Positions 1 through 9,168 of a stretch of 64,000 nucleotides of DNA are shown one piece after another (the first letter of the stretch is position 1; every line of letters begins with the position of its first letter). This DNA is from Caecitellus pseudoparvulus (Eukaryota; Protista; Bigyra: Bicosoecida), in the NCBI GenBank assembly GCA_965644315.1, contig CBFFRQ010000013.1, forward strand, positions 620,001-684,000, given 5' to 3'. Under the pieces are notes generated by a model that saw only the letters and a program-made list of their open reading frames with translations, was not told the origin of the DNA and did not search any database. The position numbers were made by a program, and so were the translations under genes.

Positions 1-3000
1 AGTCAGCCAGAGTAGCCCCCTGCTCCCCCTGCAGCAGCCCTAAGTGGGCGCTGTCTGGGCTGCTGCCGCGAGACAGGTGGGACTTGGCGCTGCCCCGACG
101 AGTTCGCCGGGCCCCGGACGTAACACTGCCAGGGCCGGTGGTGGGAATGGCCGGCAGGGACGAGCCTGCTGTGCTGACCGAGCCGTCCGACTTGCGGCGA
201 GTGCGGCGGAACGAGCCCAGGGAAAGAGATCCCATGCCTTCTCCGCCATGCTCTGCCTGCACGTCCTGACGAGGCGACTGCTGCCGTTTGTAGGGGGAGG
301 TGGGCGGACTGGCGAGGCCAGAGCCCACGCGTGGTGGCATGCTGCGCCTCTTGCCTGTCGGGCTGCCTCGACCTCGCGGGCTGGCCGCGCCGCCACCCCC
401 TGTGGACCTGCCATCTGCTGACGAGCCAGGCGCTTGCTGCAGGTGGATGCTGCCTCGCGGCTTGGCGGTTTGCTCCCCGCCGGCGCTGTCGTCCCCACTG
501 CTGCCCTTGCCAGGCACGCCAGCTGCTTCCGCCCTGAAGCGAGCCAGCGCAGCAGCTACGTCTCCCTCGCCCTCCCGCAGTGTGTCCAGGTTGTTTCCGG
601 AGCGCACTGGGCCCAACAGGCCCGTCGTACGGCCCACAGCAGTGAAGGACCCCCGAGGGCGCCGCGCCATGCTCGCCCGCCGCACGCCCGCGCCACCCTG
701 CGATGACGTCTCGAAGTCGTCCATGCTGCGCCGGGTGCCGACAAAGGGAGCAGCGGCATACCCACCCCCTGAAGAGTACATGCCCAGCAAGGACTTCATG
801 TTCTTATTGTCACCGCCCTCGCTCTCCGTCTCGGCGAGCTTGCGCTCATACAGCGCAGACAGGCCGTGCTTGGAGATGAGTGTGTGCACTTCCGTGGCCA
901 AGGCTTCGATGAGGCGGACGTCTTCTTGTGTGAATGGGCTGCCGTCAGACTTGTTCACCAACTGCACCACACCAACAGGCTTCTTCTTGGCCACAGGTGC
1001 CGGCACGCCGGCGCTGCGATCGCGGCTGGAGGTGCTGGTGTTCGAAGGAGATGGACCTCCGCCAGCGGCCGTCACACTGCGTCGCTGTGCCCTGAGAATG
1101 GGCACTGCCAGCAGCGTCCGGGAGCGGAAATGCGCCGCGACGTCGGCGTGCTTGTCGAAAGAAGCGTGCTTCCAGGCATCCTTGACGACCTGCGGGCCAA
1201 CCAGTGTGCCAGCTGCAAGAGCGCCCGCGATGTCGGCGCCCAGGGCGACTTCAGACGAGGAAAATTCGCCGTCCACATCGGCCACGCTACTGACTGTGCG
1301 GCGGTGGCTAGCACGGCGCCCAGATGAGCTGGTGGGGGAGCTGCCGGAGGCTGCGCCACTGCCACCTGTCACACCTGAAATGCCGGTAAGCAGCAGGGGC
1401 TGACCAGGGGGGCCAGATGGGCGATGAGCCGCAATGCCAGCTGCCATGACAGGGCTCAGGCTGGGGGAGGAGGGCACCTGTCCGCCTGCCCCGTCTGATT
1501 GTGCCCGCGCCAGGGCTCCCGCCGCCCCCTCCTCGGCAGAAAAGGTGCGCCCCTGCAGGTTTTGGTTCATCTCATCCACGAGGAAGAAGGTCACTTTCTG
1601 GGCAGGCAGCATGACGAACACCTGGCGCAGCAGCTCGTCCAGCACTGACCAGAAGGTCTTGCTGGTGACGTCGGCTGTGACCAGCTTCACGACTCGTGTG
1701 AAGGCCATGGTGCGGGCAGTGGCAGACTGGGCTGCGCGCAGCAAGGCAGCTTTCTCCAACACCACGCCGGCCGTGTCCGTGATGTGCTGCATGGTGGCAA
1801 TGTCATCGTCCCCGAAGGCCAGCACGGCCCGCTGCGCGGCCCTGGAGGTGGAGGGGCCCAGTTTGTTGATGGCTTGAATCACGGCCACAACACGTCCAGA
1901 GCGGTCTGCCACTGGCATGCACAGCAGGGACTGCGTGCGGTACCCCGTTCGCTTGTCCATGGCGGGATCAAACCGCGCGTCTTGGGCGACATCAGGGATG
2001 TTCAGCACCTTCCCAGTCGTGGCGACAGAGCCTGCGATGCCCTTGCCCAGAGGGATGCGCACGCCTGCAGCGTCCTCAGACACGGTGAGGACAAGCGAGT
2101 CCCCTTCTACGAGGAACACCGACACGCGATCAGCCTGCAGTAGCTCGTACGCCACGTCCACGATGCGGGTGATGATGTCCTGGTAGTTGCTGCCACGGTA
2201 CACGCTCTGCACCATGCTCATGAGCAGGTGGGCCTTGTTGGTAGCATGGGTGCTGCTCTGGTGCTGCTGCGCACACTGGATGGCAGCGGCAGCGGCAGGT
2301 GCCATGGCCATCAGGGCACCAACGTCTGCCGCCGAGAAGGCGCCAGCGACAGGCGCAGACAGTGCAAGCAGGCCGCTTCCAAGGCCCTTCTCACTGCTGG
2401 AAGGCAGAGGTAGGGCAAGTAAGCTGCGCTCGGGCTTCTCAGGGGGTGGTGGCGACGGGGGGCTGGGCAGCGGCGCGGTTGCTCCCACAAGAGCCGTGCC
2501 GGGGGGCAGCGTTTTGCGACGCAGGCGCGGGTCGACACTGGCGTCGTCGACGTAGAGAGGGGATCGCGACAGCAGTGCCTGCAGTAGGGCCACGCTTTGG
2601 GCAGAGGGGGTGTCAGCGTCCACCTGCCAAGCCGCCTGGCGGGCAGCCTCCTGCATGTGTGCAGGTGGCTGCGACCCGCCCTGTACGAGGAACTGGCTGG
2701 CCTCACTGTCAGCAGGCGGCAGGCCCCCGAAGACACTGGGCTTTTCGGAGGTGGAGTGCTGAGTGAGGAAGTACCGGGCCGGGCCGCTGCCCCCTCCTGC
2801 CAAGAAAGTGCGGAAGGAGGGCGCCTCCTCCTCCGAGTCGTCGCCATCGCCGCCTGGCTGGTCAGCACTGGCCAGGGGAAGCGCCGAAGGCGCAGCCTTG
2901 CCCTCTGCCCCACTGCTACCATATCGAGCACCAGTGGTGCTGCTCTGGAAGAAGTCTAGCTTGCGCCGACTGCTGGCACTGTGGGTGAGCCTTGCAGAGC

Positions 3001-3859
3001 GGGGGGCATCGCCCACGCCCCCGTGCCCCGCAGAGACGCGCACGAGCTGCTGGGCATCCAGGGGCACAGAGTATGGTGTTACATGCACTGGGGATGCTTG
3101 CAGCTCCTCCCTGCCTTTGCCGTGCTGGATGATGCAGCGAGCTGCAGCTCCGGCCGCCGCGACGGCGTTTTCGGGTGTTGAGTTGGAGGCTTGCATGAGG
3201 CTTGGCAGCGCCGCGAAAGCTGCCTGGTACTTGCCCAGCGCATCGGTCAAGGTCAAAATGAGCCCGGCAATGGCGTCTGGCTCCGATAAGAGCTCGTCGT
3301 CACCCTTGGCCAGCAAGCCGCGGAGCCAGGCAGGAGAGCCTGGCACGGCGCGTTGCTGGCCGCCCTCTCCCCATGCATGGGCAGAGGGGCGCCGGCGCTT
3401 GACAGACTCTGGACCCAGATCAATGCACACACTCTGCAGCGCCTCCCGCATGGGTGCGAGGCACCCCTTCAGCGCAGACGTGAGGTGTGCACCTGAGTCG
3501 TCGCGCGCGACAGCGGCAGCATCTTGCCCGTGGCTTGCATGGGCGGGGCCACTCGTGAGGGCCACGCGCATGCGGTCAGCCACGCTCGGTCTGGGCTTCT
3601 TTGGGTAACTCCTGGGCTCTTTGCCCCTCTGAGCAGCAGCTGCAGCAGCAGCGGCGGAGGTTTGCCGAGGGCTCCCCCCCTCAGCGCTGGCGGCATCGGA
3701 GGCCACCGTGGGGTGATACAATGGTGCTGCACGCCGTTGAGAGCCGGCCTTGGCGCCACCAACGGCAGGGGAGCGCCGCTTACCAGCAGAAGCAGGCCCT
3801 GGCAAGCGTCGGCGCGGCCCTGATCGAGCCCCGCCTCCTCCTGCGGGTGCGCCAGACAT
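1..3859 (-). CDS. Tandem GAF-domain protein, probably a cyclic-nucleotide phosphodiesterase (partial; 3' end beyond window)
   Basis: Manual translation from ATG 3859 (MSGAPAGGGGARSG...). It is absent from the ORF track, consistent with no stop before the window edge. GAF-A at about 2200-1760: LLQADRVSVFLV...GKGIAGSVATTGKVLNIPDVAQDARFDPAMDKRTGYRTQSLLCMPV...VVAVIQAINKL...FGDDD. GAF-B at about 1700-870, with insertions: SFDKHADVAAHFRSRTLLAVPI...VGVVQLVNKSDGSPFTQEDVRLIEAL. No catalytic domain is visible, so the PDE call is inference. Confidence 0.8.
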   Translation of the reverse strand, partial: MSGAPAGGGGARSGPRRRLPGPASAGKRRSPAVGGAKAGSQRRAAPLYHPTVASDAASAEGGSPRQTSAAAAAAAAQRGKEPRSYPKKPRPSVADRMRVALTSGPAHASHGQDAAAVARDDSGAHLTSALKGCLAPMREALQSVCIDLGPESVKRRRPSAHAWGEGGQQRAVPGSPAWLRGLLAKGDDELLSEPDAIAGLILTLTDALGKYQAAFAALPSLMQASNSTPENAVAAAGAAARCIIQHGKGREELQASPVHVTPYSVPLDAQQLVRVSAGHGGVGDAPRSARLTHSASSRRKLDFFQSSTTGARYGSSGAEGKAAPSALPLASADQPGGDGDDSEEEAPSFRTFLAGGGSGPARYFLTQHSTSEKPSVFGGLPPADSEASQFLVQGGSQPPAHMQEAARQAAWQVDADTPSAQSVALLQALLSRSPLYVDDASVDPRLRRKTLPPGTALVGATAPLPSPPSPPPPEKPERSLLALPLPSSSEKGLGSGLLALSAPVAGAFSAADVGALMAMAPAAAAAIQCAQQHQSSTHATNKAHLLMSMVQSVYRGSNYQDIITRIVDVAYELLQADRVSVFLVEGDSLVLTVSEDAAGVRIPLGKGIAGSVATTGKVLNIPDVAQDARFDPAMDKRTGYRTQSLLCMPVADRSGRVVAVIQAINKLGPSTSRAAQRAVLAFGDDDIATMQHITDTAGVVLEKAALLRAAQSATARTMAFTRVVKLVTADVTSKTFWSVLDELLRQVFVMLPAQKVTFFLVDEMNQNLQGRTFSAEEGAAGALARAQSDGAGGQVPSSPSLSPVMAAGIAAHRPSGPPGQPLLLTGISGVTGGSGAASGSSPTSSSGRRASHRRTVSSVADVDGEFSSSEVALGADIAGALAAGTLVGPQVVKDAWKHASFDKHADVAAHFRSRTLLAVPILRAQRRSVTAAGGGPSPSNTSTSSRDRSAGVPAPVAKKKPVGVVQLVNKSDGSPFTQEDVRLIEALATEVHTLISKHGLSALYERKLAETESEGGDNKNMKSLLGMYSSGGGYAAAPFVGTRRSMDDFETSSQGGAGVRRASMARRPRGSFTAVGRTTGLLGPVRSGNNLDTLREGEGDVAAALARFRAEAAGVPGKGSSGDDSAGGEQTAKPRGSIHLQQAPGSSADGRSTGGGGAASPRGRGSPTGKRRSMPPRVGSGLASPPTSPYKRQQSPRQDVQAEHGGEGMGSLSLGSFRRTRRKSDGSVSTAGSSLPAIPTTGPGSVTSGARRTRRGSAKSHLSRGSSPDSAHLGLLQGEQGATLAD

Positions 3860-4075
3860 GGCAACTTCACCAAGCAGGGACACCCTGCCGAACTCTCCCG
3901 CCCAACACTCACCTGCGGAAGGCGAGCGCAGGGGACAGCACGGTAGTGGTGTCAATACCGACACGGCAAACCATCAGGGGGGCTGTGTGGGTGCGAGGAC
4001 TTTTGGCAGTTGGACAGCGCTTGCATTGCCCAGTTTGCGGAGCGGCGAGCTGCCCGGGTGAGGCACGGTGGCCGC

Positions 4076-7000
4076 TCAAAAGCCCTTGTCCCAGTCGGTG
4101 CCGTCAGACTCGTAGGGCTCGATGATCTCCTCCTCCTCATATGGGTCAAAGTGGGAGGTATCGAAGGGGTCCTTGAGAGGGGGTACCCAAGGCGCGGGCA
4201 GCTTCTTCGCCTGCAGGGCTGTCCAGTCCATGGTCTTGAACCACTTGTGGTCCATGATGTCCTGCACGCCCCCCTTCTTGCAGCCCAGGCGAGCAGACAC
4301 CTTCGCCGTGAGGAGCTTGTTGATGACGTCCTTTGCGTCCTTATCCCGCATCCAGCCAGGGTAGGAGTACTTGCCCTTGACGATCTTCTTGCAGATGATC
4401 ATCTGGTCCTGGCTGTCGTCAGCGAAAGGCGAGACACCGCACAGCATCTCGTAGATGAGAACACCCACAGCCCAATAGTCCACACCCTTGCCGTGGCCCT
4501 TGCCCAGCACCAGCTCGGGCGCCAGGTACTCAGGGGTGCCGCACAGGGTGTACGTGCGGTCCTTCACCACCTTGGCAAAGCCCAGGTCGATGATCTTCAC
4601 GTACCCCTCCGCGTCGATGAGCATGTTCTCGGGCTTCAGGTCACGGTACAGGATGTACTTTTCGTGCAGCGCCGCGAGGCCGGCGATGACACCCGCGCCG
4701 TAGAAGCGCGCGTCATCGGTGGACAGGCACCCGGTGGGCTGGTTGGCCAGCAGGGTGAACAGCTCACCTCCCGCGACGTACTCCAGCACCATGTACAGGC
4801 AGTTGCGGTCAGTGTACGTGGCAGCCAGCTTCAGCACGAAAGGGTGGTCGATCATGGCCATCACGTCACGCTCGTTCATGACGTTCTTCTGCTGGCCGTA
4901 CGCGACGATCTGCGCCTTCTGCAGCACCTTCAGGGCGAAGGGCTTGCCAGTGGGCTTGTGGCGGCACATCTTGACGCGGCCGAAGGTGCCTGCGCCCAGC
5001 GTGCGCATGACCTCCAGGTCAGCTGCCGTGATGGTCTTCATGTCGCGCATGCGGCCAGAGTCGCCCCCGGCAGCAGCGGCGGCACCCCCGGAAGCAGCAC
5101 CAGCAGCCTTAGCCTTGGCCTTGGACGCCTCAAACTCGGCGTGTGTGATGCCAAAGACAACTGCGTCCTCCTTCACGACGTAGTCTCCATCAGCCTGCGC
5201 CGGTCCGGCCAGGGCGGACTCGCCGAAGTGCCCACCGGCCGCCACGACACCACCTGGGCCATTGACAGTCCCAGACTTGACCACGAAGAACGTGTCGTTC
5301 TTGGCACCCGCCTTCAGGACGCTGGCCCCAGCAGGCAGCTCGAAGGCCTTGAAGGAATCGGCCATGACCTCACGCTCGGTCTCTGTCAGCGCCGACAGGA
5401 CGGGGATGGCCGAGATGACACGCAGCTTCAAGCCGCGGTCCAAGAGGTCGCGCAGCGGGCCCAGCAGCTCTGTGAAGGCCTTGCGGTCCAACTTGAGCGT
5501 GGTGACAGCGTCCTGTGCCAGGACGTTGGCAGCACGGGGCTCCGCCAGCAGCAGGGCCCGCTCGCCGAAGTAGGAGCCCTCAGTAAGCGGGATGTCGGCA
5601 GCACTGCCGTCGCCGATGTCTGTGCACAGCACGGAGCCGGACTTGATCATGTAGAACGTGTTGCCCTCCTCGCCCTTGTTGATGATCTTGTCGCCAGGCT
5701 CGAAGCTCTGCTCCTGCACAGCCTCGGCGATCTTGTTCATCTCCTCGTCTGACAGGCTCTCCAGCAGCTTCACCTTGCGCAGGGTGTCAATGATGACGGC
5801 CAGCTGGTCCTCACGCGTGGATGCGATCATGTAGCGGAAGGTCTGGCGGTCCAGCGCCCAGACGACTGCTTCCGTGGTCGCGATGACTGACGCGGCACGG
5901 GGGCAGTTGTACAGCAGGGCCAGCTCGCCGAAAGAGGCGCCGTTGGAGCGTGCTGCGACCTTGTTCCCGTTGACCTCGATGTCGAACTTTCCGTTCTCGA
6001 CGATATAGAACGCGTCACCATCGTCACCCTGCTTGATGATGGTGGTGCCTGGCACACACTTCACCTCCTTCATGGCCATGACCACCTGCTGCAGCTCTGT
6101 GGGGGACAGGGACGCGAAGAGGAAGCCTGCGGAGCCCTGCAGGGCGTCCATGATCACCTTCTTGGCAGCGTCGGACTTCTCGACCTGGGGCAAGACGAAC
6201 TTGCTGTCGGTCTTGTTGTACGACTCGGCCACGATGACGTCACGCTTGCCTCGCTTCTTGGCACCTGCGCCACCAGCGGCGCCGCCTGCGCCACTCTGCG
6301 CTGCAGCAGCCTGAGCCTTGGACACTGGCGGGGGCTCCCACTGCACGTGGTCTGTCTCCACGTGCCAGTAAAACAAGTCTCCACTCTGAGGGTCGACCAC
6401 TTCCTCCCAGCCAGGCGGCAGGGGAACGGTGGGTTCCTGGGCAGGTACAGCGTGACGGGCAGAGTGCAAGGATCGTCAGCATCGCGGCGACCGCCGGGAT
6501 GCTTGGCGCTGCACGGCACCCCTGGTGAGGGGGCCTGGCAACAGTGCCAGCCCACGCAGGCAACACACGGTGAGCAGGAGGTTTTCAAGAGATGTTGGCG
6601 GCCTGGCGGCCGAGCAGGGCACACGCTCGAGCGCTCGGCGTGTTGTTGCCGTCAACTGTGCAAAGCACGACACTCACCCGCTTCTTCTCTCCGGGCTTGT
6701 CCCAAGTCACCTCATCAGTGTCTTCATTCCAGTAGTAGTAAGCCTTTGACTCCTCGTCCCACACAGCCTGCCACGGCTCTGGCAGCTGCTTTGAAATCTC
6801 CTCCTCCTGTGGAAACACACCGTCGACGCGTGGCATGAACGCGCAGCGCGGCAATTGCACTGCGCCAAGGGAGCATGCCAGCATGAAGCAGCCATAGAGC
6901 GGGCCCTGGGCGCGTCAGGACCAGCGTGCTGTCCCTGCTCTTCGCAACCGCGCAAGTTGCGGAATCAGCAGGGCAACAGCACTGCAAGCCGGCCGCCGAG

Positions 7001-7152
7001 CGGCCACTGCACCCGTCGACGGCCCGCAGGCCTGCCCACAGGGTGGTATAGCACATTCTCACACCTCACGGTGCCAAAGCAGCGACCGAGGCGGCGCTCA
7101 CGTGGCTACCCGAGGAGCTCGCGCGGCGACATGCACGTACCCGATCAGCCAT
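4076..7152 (-). CDS. Cyclic-nucleotide-dependent AGC kinase (PKG-like architecture): 2 WW + 3 CNB + kinase + AGC C-tail
   Basis: Kinase motifs LGAGTFGRV, YRDLKPEN, DLGFAK, TLCGTPEYLAPE and tail DTSHFDPY...WDKGF. CNB cassettes FGELALLYNCPRAA and FGERALLLAEPRAA, plus a degenerate third (FGESALAGPAQAD). Proposed exons 7152-7141 (MADR), 6806-6678 (WW1 LPEPWQAVWDEESKAYYYWNEDTDEVTWDKP) and 6436-4076 (WW2 LPPGWEEVVDPQSGDLFYWHVETDHVQWEPP onward), all phase-0 GT-AG. The 5' exons are less certain. Confidence 0.9.
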
Positions 7153-7576
7153 GGTGAGCGAGGACAGGAGGCGAGACTACGCAATGCTCGCCGTGAGAAG
7201 AGAGGGGCAGGACGGGCACATGAAACAGCCACTCGGTACCCCTGAAAGCTGTTGACCATGAGTCTGGTTTTGAGGTGGACCTGCATGTGGGCTCCCTGGG
7301 CTGTGGTGTGGCCGTGGGCCCGTGGCGGCGCCACCCCGCCAAGTGGACTCCCCCCCCTTCTGCTTCAGCCAAGGGCTACCTGGAACACAGAGTAGGTGTG
7401 GGCGCGTGCAACAGTTTCACAAACTTCTCTAACCTCCCCCACATGCCCCCCCGCGTTGCGAAGCTCAAGTGTGCCCCACTGCAGCACCAACAAGGCAGGC
7501 TCCGTGCCTGAGGGACGTCGGTCTGGAAGTGCCTCGGAGCACAACAGGGAGATCTCAAGGCAAGTTCAGAGACACC
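7153..7576. promoter_or_regulatory. Probable bidirectional promoter region (kinase / calcyphosin head-to-head)
   Basis: About 420 nt between divergent ATGs at 7152 (-) and 7577 (+). Positional inference only. Confidence 0.4.
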
Positions 7577-8972
7577 ATGGCTGCTGGAAAGCCAGCCAGC
7601 ATGGGCGTGGAGGCCAAGGTGGACCACTTAGAGCAGCTGCTGCGTGCCAAGGTACGGATCGCTACTTGCCCAACCCGAGATCGCGAAGGTCGAGGGGCGC
7701 TGCATGTCCTGGACGGTTGTCGCTCCATGCACGGCGCCCACCATGCTTAATCTCAGGTGGAGAATCTGTCTGGCTTCAGCGATGAGGCAACACAGGCCCA
7801 CAAGCTGAACTCAATTTTCCGGTGCGTGGTGGTTGCTGGCCGTGAAGTTCGCGCCCCTGGCAGCGCCTGCCTGTGTCGGAGCGACGTCTGTCGATGCACC
7901 GCCTCGGCCTATCTTGAAGGCAGAGAGGGCGTGAAAGTGGCGGTTGGGGCTTCTCCTGGCTTCGCCACTCGCACACTGCGCCTCTGCACGCCTGCCTTCG
8001 TTTGGCCGCAAGGTCGCCGCGACCTCGCACAGAGGTCTCCCCTGGCATCACGCTGAGCCCCTCCGTCTCCTTCCCAGGTTCTTCAACTCAGACCACGACG
8101 GCTTCCTGTCCTTTGACGAGTTCAACGCCGCCCTCGTGCGCATGAACTTCGTCGGCCAGCAAGACACAGTGCGCCGGCTGTTTGACCGGTACGACACAGA
8201 CGGCAGTGGCTTCTTGGCTTACGAGGAGTTCACAGCGGGGCTGTTCGGGCTGGTGCCCAACCTGCGTGGTTCACCCGAAGCGCGATCCGCCATGGACCGC
8301 ATTCGGCAGAAGATCGGCGAGCGGGGCGGCTTGAACGGCATCCGCTCCCTGGCCCGCGTCATGCGCATCATGGACGACAATGGCAACAAGCAGCTGGACC
8401 GGGATGAGATGAAGTTCGGTTTCCGGGACTTTGGCGTCAAGCTGACGGAGCGTGACCTGGACACCGTGCTGAACGTGCTGGACCGCAATGGCGACGGGCA
8501 GGTGTCTTACGACGAGCTCTTGCGAGGCTTGCGGGGGAACTTGTCCTCTCGCCGCCGGTCTCTCATCCTGAAGGCCTTCCACATTCTGGACAAGGACGGC
8601 AGCGGGCAGGTCACCGTGGAGGACCTGGCCACCGTGTACGACTGCAGCTTCCACCCGGAAGTCAACGCTGGGCGCATGACCGAGGAGGAGGCACTGGGGG
8701 AGTTCTTGTCGCAGTGGGACACCCTGGAAAAAGACGGCATCGTCACCCGAGAGGAGTTCTTGGACTACTACAAGGACATCTCGGCCTCCATCGATTCGGA
8801 CGACTACTTTGAGCTCATGATGCGCAACTCGTGGAAGATTCCAGGCGGCGAGGGCGAGGCTGCCTTCACTGCCTATGACACCCGTGACCCCCCCAAAGGT
8901 GTTGAGACTGATGCAAGCAAGTACTTTGCAGCTGGCGGTGCCTCGCTGTCAGAGCTGGAGAAGGAGGGCTGA
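7577..8972 (+). CDS. Calcyphosin-like EF-hand protein with an extra N-terminal EF-hand pair
   Basis: EF loops [52 protein letters not shown] and [13 protein letters not shown]. Calcyphosin C-terminal signature [23 protein letters not shown]. Two 5' introns (about 7652-7757 and 7822-8077). Confidence 0.88.
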
Positions 8973-9168
8973 GCTGCGCCGCAGGGGCGCTCCCCCCCCC
9001 CCTGACTCGCTCGACCGCACTCAATGAAGATGTACAATTATTGCTGTTGAACCCCACCGCTATGTCTTAGTTGAATTGCGGCCTTGTACCTCTCGCACTC
9101 GTCCAGGCTGGGGCAGGAGCCTGCGCCTTGTTGATCATCGAAGCTGCGGAAATTAAGAGCAACACGCC

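Noticed and set aside
4010-5752. 580-aa + strand ORF antisense to the kinase (likewise 300-1403, 33865-35082, 35806-37080, 59589-61217, 60634-61935 and many others)
   Set aside because: Shadow ORFs caused by GC-rich codon bias on the real strand. They have no motifs and show typical mirror composition (LV/H-rich or S/T/A-rich).
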